From positions 30,668 to 94,667 of the forward strand of contig CAZJDZ010000002.1 of assembly GCA_964544935.1 (NCBI GenBank): 64,000 nucleotides of DNA, written 5' to 3'. The position numbers and the translations under genes were made by a program. A model generated the notes under the pieces. It saw nothing but the letters and a program-made list of their open reading frames with translations. It was not told where the DNA came from and searched no databases. This document shows, in pieces, positions 53,703-62,368 of the stretch; within the stretch, counting starts at the first letter, position 1, and every line of letters begins with the position of its first letter. The DNA comes from an uncultured Candidatus Saccharibacteria bacterium. Lineage in GTDB: Bacteria; Patescibacteriota; Minisyncoccia; Phycocordibacterales; UBA5272.

Positions 53703-54776
53703 ATGGTACGAGTTCATCATGGCCGCAAGGTTGCCTATTTGAAGGCTGTCGAATCCTATCCGTGGGTTCGTATCGCGGTTTGTCGTGAAGATGGAACCAT
53801 CTTCCGTTATGCTGATTCATTTGAGTACTTCGACCAAGCAATTGCTTGGCTAGCCAATGATCACTGGAGGATTAGGGTTGCTTATCAATATGACGGGGGC
53901 GTGGATGATGAGCCTGAGCTTAATCCGGTCTACGCCGATGATCAAGTCATTGTCAACCGATCTGTAGCGGAGGGTGAGCTTTCTGTCGCAGACGAAGTTG
54001 ACTGGATTCTCCTCAATCGTGGAGATATCGTCTACAATGTGCTCGATGAGCAATTGTGGGTGGTTGACTTTGGGTACGATCGTGAACTAGAGTCCAGTGC
54101 CTATGCTCCTCGTCCGAAGATGATCCCGTCTTATCGTCGAGCACATGCCTATCAGTGGGAAGTGCCGAAAGAGCCTGATACTTTTTATAACAAGTTCGTA
54201 ACTTCAGTAAAGCGTAAGTACCCTGACAGAGAAATCGCCTCAAGGGTTGCCCCACCTTATGGTTTGGTTAGTTACCTGACATTCCCTGCACGCAGAACTT
54301 TTGTTTCTGTCGAGATCAAAAAAGATGAAGATCTCGGAAGGAACAGAATTACAAAGATTGTCGGGAAGAAGGAAATCCTGTGCCATACAGGTCTTGAGGG
54401 TCAACTTGATCTCGGAAGGAAAAACTCGGAGACCGTTAAGGGAGCTTTCGAGTCTACCCTACACGATTCTTGGGAAGCTCTTTTCCAGAAGGGGTGGGAC
54501 GTAGTCGCTATCTCTCGACGTGAGTTCTATGAGCACACGTTTGCGGGACATTGCTATCAAACTGGTAGCTACTTTGGTGCAGTCAGTGTTCCGAAAGGAT
54601 ACGCCATTGCATGGGAGAATCGAAACGACGATATGCTTCTCATTCGGCTTGGATCCAACGACACAATTCGTTGCCCACCTGAGTTCAAGGGCAAAGTCAT
54701 CGGCACAAGAGGTGGCAACATCAAAGGTATTGCTAAGAGGTTTGGTCGTGAGCACTGGCAAGTGAAGCTTGTGTAA
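53703..54776 (+). CDS. GC-rich hypothetical protein with a C-terminal KH (GXXG) RNA-binding motif; likely horizontally acquired
   Basis: KGKVIGTRGGNIKGIAKRFG near the C-terminus. The start at 53703 has a perfect SD. The body is visibly GC-rich. Confidence 0.6.
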   Translation: MVRVHHGRKVAYLKAVESYPWVRIAVCREDGTIFRYADSFEYFDQAIAWLANDHWRIRVAYQYDGGVDDEPELNPVYADDQVIVNRSVAEGELSVADEVDWILLNRGDIVYNVLDEQLWVVDFGYDRELESSAYAPRPKMIPSYRRAHAYQWEVPKEPDTFYNKFVTSVKRKYPDREIASRVAPPYGLVSYLTFPARRTFVSVEIKKDEDLGRNRITKIVGKKEILCHTGLEGQLDLGRKNSETVKGAFESTLHDSWEALFQKGWDVVAISRREFYEHTFAGHCYQTGSYFGAVSVPKGYAIAWENRNDDMLLIRLGSNDTIRCPPEFKGKVIGTRGGNIKGIAKRFGREHWQVKLV

Positions 54777-54796
54777 ATCACCAACTATCTGTTTTG

Positions 54797-54826
54797 AAAG
54801 GAGGCTCCAGCCTCCTTTTTCATTTT
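54797..54826 (+). terminator. Intrinsic terminator (aaaggaggct-cca-gcctccttt followed by ttcatttt)
   Basis: 10-bp stem plus T-tract. Confidence 0.65.
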
Positions 54827-54867
54827 AACAGTTTATTATTTTAGTTCAGATAGTGAGTTAGATACAA

Positions 54868-54934
54868 GCTAAGAAAATTTTTTAAGACCAAGACGTACAA
54901 CTAGTACGGCGCGGGAATAAAAAATTTTCTTAGC
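54868..54934. repeat. Perfect 16-bp AT-rich inverted repeat (gctaagaaaatttttt / aaaaaattttcttagc) around a 35-nt loop that itself contains the palindrome cgtacaactagtacg
   Basis: Read directly from the sequence. Intergenic. Confidence 0.6.
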
Positions 54935-54959
54935 GAAGTAGATGGCTCACCTATATGGA

Positions 54960-55004
54960 CTAAAAGAGAAAACCGCCCCTCTGGTAAGTATGGCGGTTTT
55001 CTCT
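54960..55004 (-). terminator. Minus-strand terminator (gagaaaaccgcc...ggcggttttctc) for the YegP-like gene
   Basis: 12-bp stem; U-tract on the minus strand. Confidence 0.55.
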
Positions 55005-55057
55005 TTGTTCTTACTATGAAAATAAGAGACGTCTTTGTTTGATGCGTACGGTTGCTT

Positions 55058-55366
55058 CTAAGCTTCTGGCTGAACAACTTTTTTGGTAGCTGTCTTCGCT
55101 TTCACCTTAGACGCTCCCGTCTTGTTAGCAACTTTTTTACTAGGTTGCTTCCCAGTTGTTTTTGAAGCCGCATCTGCTTTTTTATCGGCATCGACAATCA
55201 TGGCTTTAGTTACCCACTCAGCTAGTTTCTTTGCTGCGCCCATAGCTCCTGCTTTTTTGGCGTATCCTTCTGATGCGCACACAGGTTCTCCGTTCTTAGC
55301 AAGAAGTCTGAATCGGTACTGACCTTTCTTATCTTGATAGACTTCAAGGATTGTCGTCTTTGACAT
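55058..55366 (-). CDS. YegP/DUF1508-like small protein with a Lys/Ala-rich basic C-terminal tail
   Basis: TILEVYQDKKGQYRFRLLAKNGEPVCASEGYAKKAGAMGAAKKL matches the YegP repeat. Start taken at the internal MSKTT. Confidence 0.6.
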   Translation of the reverse strand: MSKTTILEVYQDKKGQYRFRLLAKNGEPVCASEGYAKKAGAMGAAKKLAEWVTKAMIVDADKKADAASKTTGKQPSKKVANKTGASKVKAKTATKKVVQPEA

Positions 55367-55514
55367 TCTTTTTTCTATTAATAGCTGATAATGAAACAAC
55401 TGCCTACATATAAGTGTAACAACACTCCGTGTTATACTCAAGGGGTAAAGTGAAAGTTATTCACACATTTCTATTTTGTTTTATTTTGAGAGAAACAATT
55501 TCTGAACGAATCAT

Positions 55515-56330
55515 ATGAAAGAATCATACGAGGACAGGCATACAAAAGACAATCTTCTTTTTATTAAGGAGGTACTTGCATACTATAAGAAGTATGGAAG
55601 ACACGATCTACTTTGGAGAAAAAATATCACAGCGTATAAGATACTAGTGAGTGAAGTTATGCTTCAACAGACTCAAGTCTCTCGCGTGATTCCAAAGTTC
55701 ACAGCTTGGATGAAACAGTATCCAACACTTAAGAAGTTACGTGAAGCCAGTCTTAAGGATGTGCTCATTCTCTGGCAAGGACTTGGGTATCAGAGGCGCG
55801 CCAAGGCGCTACTTACTATTGCACAAGAAGTAGATGCAGTTCCAAAATCATTTGAACAACTTGTTAAACTTTCTGGAGTTGGAACATATACAGCTTCGGC
55901 TGTCTGTGCATTTGGATATAACCAATTTTCACACCCAATGCTTGAGACAAATATTCGTACAGTACTCATTGAATATTTTCATCAAGGCGAAGAAGGAATT
56001 CATGATGGAATGCTATATGATGATCTTAACCGTTTAGAGAAATATAATCTTGTGCAAAAAATAGGAGCAAGAGAATGGTACTATGCAGTGATGGATTTTG
56101 GAGCTAATTTAAAAGCACAAAAAATTTCTCACAATACTAAGAGTGCTCACTACGCTAAGCAGTCGTCATATAAAGGATCACTACGAGAGTTACGAGCAAA
56201 GACACTCTTTGCGATCACTCACCAAGAGAAACTTCCAAATGATGAAAGACTAAACACAGTACTTATGCAGCTTGTGCAAGAAAAATTTATTACACAAAAA
56301 GGAAGTACTTACATTCTTCAAAAAAAGTAA
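55515..56330 (+). CDS. HhH-GPD superfamily DNA glycosylase (endonuclease III-like)
   Basis: LVSEVMLQQTQVSRV and an LPGVG-like hairpin (LSGVGTYTASAV). No obvious Cys4 FeS cluster. Confidence 0.7.
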   Translation: MKESYEDRHTKDNLLFIKEVLAYYKKYGRHDLLWRKNITAYKILVSEVMLQQTQVSRVIPKFTAWMKQYPTLKKLREASLKDVLILWQGLGYQRRAKALLTIAQEVDAVPKSFEQLVKLSGVGTYTASAVCAFGYNQFSHPMLETNIRTVLIEYFHQGEEGIHDGMLYDDLNRLEKYNLVQKIGAREWYYAVMDFGANLKAQKISHNTKSAHYAKQSSYKGSLRELRAKTLFAITHQEKLPNDERLNTVLMQLVQEKFITQKGSTYILQKK

Positions 56331-57020
56331 TTATGCAATTCCACATTCAGTAAGCAAAGTTTCAACTTGCTTAGTTGTTAGTTTATGTGCAGTTTTTTGT
56401 TTGAGACCATGAAGCACAAAAGACATGATACGTACTCGCTTGAGTGAAACAACGGTGAGGTTAAGTGCATTTAACATACGACGAATCTCATGCTTCTTAC
56501 CTTCAGTAAGAATAATACGAAGAGAGTACCCTTCGTTATAAATAGAAACAGCTTTCACAGGAGAGTATTGAGCTTCCTGAGTTCTAATTCCTTTTTTAAG
56601 AAGTGTAACAACACGAGGGGTAGCTTTTTCTCTAATAACAACCTCATATTCTTTTTCTCGTGCGAATTTTGGATTAAGGAGAGCATCAACAACACGGTAG
56701 TCATTACTGTACAGAAGCAACCCTTCACTCTCTTTGTCGAGTCTTCCAAGTGGTTCGCACTGAGGTAGTGCAGCAATCCTTCCTGTGACTTCGCCTCGAG
56801 GTTTATGATAGAGGGCGTAGACCATATCTTTTGCAATAGTTTTTACGGATACTTTATCATTCTTTAGAACTTTACTTCCAAGTGTTGCTATCTTGCCATT
56901 GATAGACACATGTCCTGCTGAAATACTTTCATCTATCGAGCGACGTGATCCAATACCTTCATCACGAAGAAAAACATTGAGTCTTTTTGGTTCTTGATTT
57001 GTAGCTTTAATTTCTTTCAT
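56331..57020 (-). CDS. Pseudouridine synthase, RsuA/RluB family, with an S4 domain
   Basis: S4 domain at the N-terminus, catalytic GRLDKESEGLLL. Confidence 0.85.
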   Translation of the reverse strand: MKEIKATNQEPKRLNVFLRDEGIGSRRSIDESISAGHVSINGKIATLGSKVLKNDKVSVKTIAKDMVYALYHKPRGEVTGRIAALPQCEPLGRLDKESEGLLLYSNDYRVVDALLNPKFAREKEYEVVIREKATPRVVTLLKKGIRTQEAQYSPVKAVSIYNEGYSLRIILTEGKKHEIRRMLNALNLTVVSLKRVRIMSFVLHGLKQKTAHKLTTKQVETLLTECGIA

Positions 57021-57040
57021 AATATATAGTGTGTGAATAG

Positions 57041-58216
57041 TTATCTAGTATCTTTCATTGGTAAGACATAGGAGATACTCCAGAGTATAGCGCATCCTAA
57101 GATAATAAACATAAGCTGAGGACGATCACCAATAAATGGTGCAATAATAATTCCAATTGTACCCACAAGAAGTGTCGCTAGTCCACGCATATTAATGAAT
57201 AGTGCGGTCAGAGAAGGGTCTTCTTTGTCAACTTTTTTAAAGTAGTAACTAAATGCCATTGTTTCTACAAATGAAGCTCCGATTCGAGAAATAAGAAAAA
57301 GTATTGTCCAAACTCTAATATCACTTGTTGTAATGACAACACAAAGAAATACGGTCACTGTAAGAGTGAGGAGACCAATAACCAGCATTTCTTTTTCACC
57401 AAATTTTGTATCAGCAAGAAGCCCAAGTTCGTACGGCAAAATAACAAGAGGGAGGAGCGCAATAGGAAGAATAATGGTCAAGTAACTTGTAAGAGAAACC
57501 CCGAGTGTTGTGAGGTAGATTGGAGAATAAATAATCATGACTGCATAAAATGCTTCAAGGACAAGTTCCGCAATAATAACAGCACGTAAGTTTTTATTTT
57601 TAAAAGCTTTAACTCCAGCAGTAATGACATCTACCTCGTGGTAGGCAGGTTCTTTCACGTGATGCAAGTATTTATAAAGAAAGAAAAGATATGGAACGAG
57701 AATGAGTGCAGAGATTGTATAAAGTGCGGAGAAGGACCCATGAGAAAGCGCAAGAATCTTGCCACCAATAAGCGGAGAGACAATAATGCCTAAATTAAGA
57801 ATTGCTAGAAAAAATCCTCGTATACTTCCTGTATTTGCGTGAGCACTAAAGCTTTCAATAAAAACGTTCAGACAAATAAAGAGTAATGTCTGTAACATAA
57901 AATGAATTATAAAAAAAATAGGAAGGAAGTAGGGGTTGTTTGTGTTACCAAAAAGAATAACGACAATTATTTCTGCAAGTGCAATCCCAAAAGTGAAATT
58001 ATACGTATGGAATTGTTTAATTGAACGAGCTACACGCAAAGAAGCAAGGAGCCCAAGTACACTACCTATAACATAAATAGCGCTTACGATTGAAGAATTA
58101 AAATATTTATGCAGGTATGAAGAGGTGGCATACAAAGGAATTGCATAATGAAGAGCATACAAAAAAGTCATCGCATATGTTGCGAGAAGGAGTTTATTTC
58201 GAAGAATTGTATGCAT
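57041..58216 (-). CDS. MFS transporter
   Basis: About 12 TM helices, 391 aa. Confidence 0.7.
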   Translation of the reverse strand: MHTILRNKLLLATYAMTFLYALHYAIPLYATSSYLHKYFNSSIVSAIYVIGSVLGLLASLRVARSIKQFHTYNFTFGIALAEIIVVILFGNTNNPYFLPIFFIIHFMLQTLLFICLNVFIESFSAHANTGSIRGFFLAILNLGIIVSPLIGGKILALSHGSFSALYTISALILVPYLFFLYKYLHHVKEPAYHEVDVITAGVKAFKNKNLRAVIIAELVLEAFYAVMIIYSPIYLTTLGVSLTSYLTIILPIALLPLVILPYELGLLADTKFGEKEMLVIGLLTLTVTVFLCVVITTSDIRVWTILFLISRIGASFVETMAFSYYFKKVDKEDPSLTALFINMRGLATLLVGTIGIIIAPFIGDRPQLMFIILGCAILWSISYVLPMKDTR

Positions 58217-58280
58217 AACTATTATGTAGTATAGCAGCTGTGTAGTTGTTTATGTAGAGCTTCCTGTTAATAGGTGTATC

Positions 58281-58312
58281 TAAAAAGACCCTGTACTACA
58301 GGGTCTTTTGTT
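58281..58312. terminator. Bidirectional terminator (aaaagaccctgt-act-acagggtctttt)
   Basis: Stem flanked by A and T runs. Confidence 0.65.
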
Positions 58313-58326
58313 AAGCTTCGTATCTC

Positions 58327-60207
58327 TTAGACACTAATAATTACAGGGATAATTACTGGACGTTTTGCTGTTTTTTGAAGCAAGAATTTGGTTGTTGCTT
58401 CTGCAATATCTTGTTTCATTTGATCAAGGTTAGTATACCCTCCACGAGCAAGTGAATCATCAATTACTTTCTTTGTAAGAAGACGTGTCTGGTAAAGGAG
58501 TTCTTGGGATTCTTTGAGATATACGAATCCACGAGAGATGAGATCAGGGGATTTTTTGAGTGTATGTGTGTGACTATCAATAACACCAATTACTACAAAC
58601 ATTCCATCTTCTGCAAGTGTCTGACGATCACGCATCACAACATCTTGAATTTTTCCAACGGAAGTTCCATCAACTACAATCATTTCACTAGGAGCTTTTT
58701 CTTTAAGCGCAATAATAGCCTTTCCTTCATTACGAATCTCAATAATCATCCCATTATCTGGAATAAGAATGTTATCTTCAGATGTTCCAAGTTTTCGTTC
58801 AAGGTCTGCATGAACACGAAGCATATAGTGGTATCCGTGAACAGGAATGAAAAATGTCGGATGAATCTTTCGGTGTATCCAAATAAGTTCCTCAGCGTTG
58901 GCGTGGCCTGAAGAGTGAACATCAGATGTTTTGTAGTGGATAAGATGAGCACCTTGACGTGAAAGTTTGTCTTTTAAGTTTTGAACAGCGCGTTCATTTC
59001 CAGGAACTACCGAAGAAGACATAAGAATCGTATCGCGCGGTGTAAGGCGGATAAATTTGTGAGTCTTGTTTGCAATTCTTCCAAGTGCAGCAAACTCTTC
59101 ACCTTGTTGACCAGTTGCTAAGATAATAAGTTTATTTTCTGGGTAGCGAACCATTTCCTCAAGAGGGATGAGTGTCTCTGGTTTAATTTTGAGCATGTTG
59201 GCAAGCTTTGCGATTTCAACGTTTGTCTTCATACTTCTTCCTTCTACAACAACTTTTTTACCATAACGCTCAGCAGTTTCAAGCATAAAAAGCATGCGCT
59301 CTACTTGTGAAGCAAAGGTACTAATGATCAGTCTCCCTGCTGTCTCACGAATAATAGTCTCAATGTTGCGGTATACAACACTATCAGAAATAGAAAATCC
59401 TGGATTCTCACAGTTTGTAGAGTCTGCCATAAGAAGAAGAGTTTTCCGGTCTTCAAACACTTTATAGCGATCTATCTCATCGTCAGTTGGAATACCATCA
59501 TTGTGTTCAAGGCGAAGATCTCCAGTGTGAACGATGTCCCCATACGGAGTTTCAATCATGATTCCCATAGAGTCTGGAATGGCATGAGTTACACCAAAGA
59601 AACGGACCTTGAGGTCACCAAGAGTTACTGCATCTCCTTTTTCAACAATATTAATGGTAAGTGGAGCAAGGTGAGGAAATTCTTCTTGTCGTTTCTTAAT
59701 CATGAGAGATGTAAAGAGGCGGGCGTAGATCTGAGGATTATCAATACGTGGCATGATATAAGGGATAGAACCAATATGGTCAAGATGCCCATGGGTAACG
59801 AGCACGCCCTTTATCTTATGCTTATGCTCTTCAAGATAGCGTGTGTTAGGGAGGATAAAATCAATCCCAGGAGTATTTGTTTCTGTAAATTGAACGCCAC
59901 AGTCAATGATTACAATAGTGTCCTTATATTCAACCATACTCATATTTCTCCCTATCTCTTCAACACCGCCAAGATGAATAACACGAATATCACCGTCCTT
60001 GAGAGGAGGAATGTGATCAGTTTCTCGTTTGCCTGTTACTGTTGTGTCAAATTTTGGACCAACCATTGAACGAGGAGGTCTATTGTTTCTTCCGCGGTTA
60101 CCGGTTCGGTTATTTTGCGGTTTGTATGTTTGAGGTACAGGTGAAGAAACTTCTCCTTGTGTAGGAGTTTCTGCGAGTAGTTCATTTGTTGATGTTGTAG
60201 GGTTCAT
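58327..60207 (-). CDS. rnj: Ribonuclease J (metallo-beta-lactamase / beta-CASP)
   Basis: HGHLDHIG motif, beta-CASP region and C-terminal domain. 626 aa. Confidence 0.9.
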   Translation of the reverse strand: MNPTTSTNELLAETPTQGEVSSPVPQTYKPQNNRTGNRGRNNRPPRSMVGPKFDTTVTGKRETDHIPPLKDGDIRVIHLGGVEEIGRNMSMVEYKDTIVIIDCGVQFTETNTPGIDFILPNTRYLEEHKHKIKGVLVTHGHLDHIGSIPYIMPRIDNPQIYARLFTSLMIKKRQEEFPHLAPLTINIVEKGDAVTLGDLKVRFFGVTHAIPDSMGIMIETPYGDIVHTGDLRLEHNDGIPTDDEIDRYKVFEDRKTLLLMADSTNCENPGFSISDSVVYRNIETIIRETAGRLIISTFASQVERMLFMLETAERYGKKVVVEGRSMKTNVEIAKLANMLKIKPETLIPLEEMVRYPENKLIILATGQQGEEFAALGRIANKTHKFIRLTPRDTILMSSSVVPGNERAVQNLKDKLSRQGAHLIHYKTSDVHSSGHANAEELIWIHRKIHPTFFIPVHGYHYMLRVHADLERKLGTSEDNILIPDNGMIIEIRNEGKAIIALKEKAPSEMIVVDGTSVGKIQDVVMRDRQTLAEDGMFVVIGVIDSHTHTLKKSPDLISRGFVYLKESQELLYQTRLLTKKVIDDSLARGGYTNLDQMKQDIAEATTKFLLQKTAKRPVIIPVIISV

Positions 60208-60227
60208 ATTTTTTAATTAATTTTTAT

Positions 60228-61940
60228 TTAGTGGATAATATTTTGGACAGTCTCTAATATCGGCTTATAGTATGCTTTTGGCCAAATAGTATTTGTATAC
60301 CTATACCAGCTTTCTATTAATGCAAAACGAGAAGCATTGTCATAACTATAATCTGGAAGAGGGGAAATATTTTTATCATTAGTTATGTAAATAAGTGATG
60401 GAGCAAAAAGAAATATACCCGGAGTTTCTTCGGTGAATTCTTCTTTAACAGCATTGTATGCAGTAGCACGTTGACTTTCATCTCGTGCGGAGCGCAGTAT
60501 CTCAAGATTACTGTCTAGTTCTTTGCTTACATAGTTTGAAATATTAAGTCCAGGGTATGTTCTTTGGGATGAATGCCAAAATGCATAAAGATCAGAAGGG
60601 GATTCAGTAATTGCTCCAAAAAGAAGTGCTTGAAAATCTCTATCTTTAATAATGCTCTGGTTAAGATCAGAGACTTCATAAATAGAAACATTAGTACGAA
60701 CGCCAATTGCATCCCAATCATTTTTTATCATTTCAGCAACTTTTTTCATCTCGTCGGTATTTGCTGTTGCAAGAGTTATTTCCAGTGTTGTTGAAGCCTT
60801 GATTAGCTTACTCTTAGAAAGTAGCTCTTTTGCTTTCTCTGGGTTAAATTCTGAAGCTTCGGCTGTATTATCAAAAGGGTAAGGAGCATTAATAACTTTA
60901 CCATATTGATAGAGAACTTGATCAACAATTTCTTGCTTATTAATTGCAAACTGAAGTGCTTGCCGTACATTCTTATCTGAAAGTGGGGAAAGTTTGTTTG
61001 GGTTAAAAAATACAGCAAATGTTCTCGGAAGAAGTGATGTTTTTATTGTTGATGTTGCAACACCAAGAGAAACTACTTTATCTGGAGAAATCCCATGTAT
61101 CCTATTAATATTTTTGTTTTCAAAAGCTTTGAGAAGATATTTTTCATTCTGATAGGTGAGAATTGTGAGAGTTTCAACGTATGGCCTACCAAGAGTATAG
61201 TGCTTATGTGCTTTTAGGGTAAAAATAGTAGGAATCCCTGACTCTGTTTGTATGTCTTGTATTATATAAGGACCACTACCAACCGCATGAATATTAAAAT
61301 CACTAAGACTTATCTGATCTTCGTTAAGATTTTTCCAGATATGCTTTGGCAAAATTCCAAGTGATAGCGTATTCATGAAAAGAGGAAAAGGTTTTTTAAG
61401 TGTAAAAGTAATTTGTGTATCACTATTTTTTTCGATAGTTACCCCTTCCCATTCAATACGATGAGGACTCTTGATAAGTGGATTTTGAACAACGTTTATT
61501 GTATAAATAATATCATCTGCTGTAACAGCTTCACCGTCATGGAACTGTGCTTTTTCTTTAAGGGTAGCAACATACTGAAGTCCGTCTTCAGACTCAGTAA
61601 TATTTTCTGCTATATCAAGAATAATTGCACCAGTTTCATCTCGTTTTGTAAGTCCAGCAAATACAAGAGATGTTAAGTCTTTGTCTTGTTCGCTAGATGC
61701 AAGTACTGGGTTAATAAACCGCGGAGTACCTACTATCCCTTCTCTAATTTCTCCTCCGTATGTTGGTACAGTGATAAGAAATCGCTTGTTAAAAAAAACA
61801 AATGCAGCAAAGAATAAAATGATAGAAGTAATTATCAGCAAAAAAAGCACTAAAACTTTTTCTGGAGAAAGTGATGTATATACTCGGTTTAATTCTTTTC
61901 TAAACGTATTAATTTTAGTTGTGTAATGTGATTTGTCCAT
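60228..61940 (-). CDS. ABC transporter substrate-binding protein, family 5 (peptide/nickel type), membrane-anchored
   Basis: N-terminal TM anchor and a large SBP_bac_5-like domain. 570 aa. Confidence 0.7.
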   Translation of the reverse strand: MDKSHYTTKINTFRKELNRVYTSLSPEKVLVLFLLIITSIILFFAAFVFFNKRFLITVPTYGGEIREGIVGTPRFINPVLASSEQDKDLTSLVFAGLTKRDETGAIILDIAENITESEDGLQYVATLKEKAQFHDGEAVTADDIIYTINVVQNPLIKSPHRIEWEGVTIEKNSDTQITFTLKKPFPLFMNTLSLGILPKHIWKNLNEDQISLSDFNIHAVGSGPYIIQDIQTESGIPTIFTLKAHKHYTLGRPYVETLTILTYQNEKYLLKAFENKNINRIHGISPDKVVSLGVATSTIKTSLLPRTFAVFFNPNKLSPLSDKNVRQALQFAINKQEIVDQVLYQYGKVINAPYPFDNTAEASEFNPEKAKELLSKSKLIKASTTLEITLATANTDEMKKVAEMIKNDWDAIGVRTNVSIYEVSDLNQSIIKDRDFQALLFGAITESPSDLYAFWHSSQRTYPGLNISNYVSKELDSNLEILRSARDESQRATAYNAVKEEFTEETPGIFLFAPSLIYITNDKNISPLPDYSYDNASRFALIESWYRYTNTIWPKAYYKPILETVQNIIH

Positions 61941-61971
61941 AAGTGAGATTCACAAAGGACTATCTACGTAG

Positions 61972-62196
61972 TTAACGAATAACGATAGGGTAAAGAAGAG
62001 AAAGTACAAACAATACCGCAATAGTAATTGTTAGGCGGTGAAGTGACTTTTCTGCACCTCGTTTTTCGAGTGCGGCACCTGATCCTCCGTCAGCACCAAA
62101 AGCACCTGATGCGTCAGTATTAGCTCTTTGTATAAGAACAAGAGCTACAAGAAGAATCGCTAATAGTACGTGCACAATAGATAGCAATTGAAACAT
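61972..62196 (-). CDS. secG: Preprotein translocase subunit SecG
   Basis: 74 aa, two TM helices with a Gly-rich loop (SGAFGADGGSGA). Confidence 0.75.
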   Translation of the reverse strand: MFQLLSIVHVLLAILLVALVLIQRANTDASGAFGADGGSGAALEKRGAEKSLHRLTITIAVLFVLSLLYPIVIR

Positions 62197-62368
62197 GTGT
62201 ATATTCTAGCATAAAAAACTTCTTCTGCAAAATGTATAAAGCAAACAGTTATAGGGTTATGTAGGTTTGATTATTTGTATAAAATTCAAATTTTATGACT
62301 TGCACAAGAAATATCGATAAAAAGTGACTTATATACAAGTTCTTCTAGGTCACTAGCTTTTAGTGCTT

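Noticed and set aside
53694-54776. YADD tetrapeptide (VYADDQ) suggesting a reverse transcriptase, e.g. a retron
   Set aside because: No other RT motifs such as the fingers/palm blocks or a QGxxxSP-like block. The context does not support an RT.
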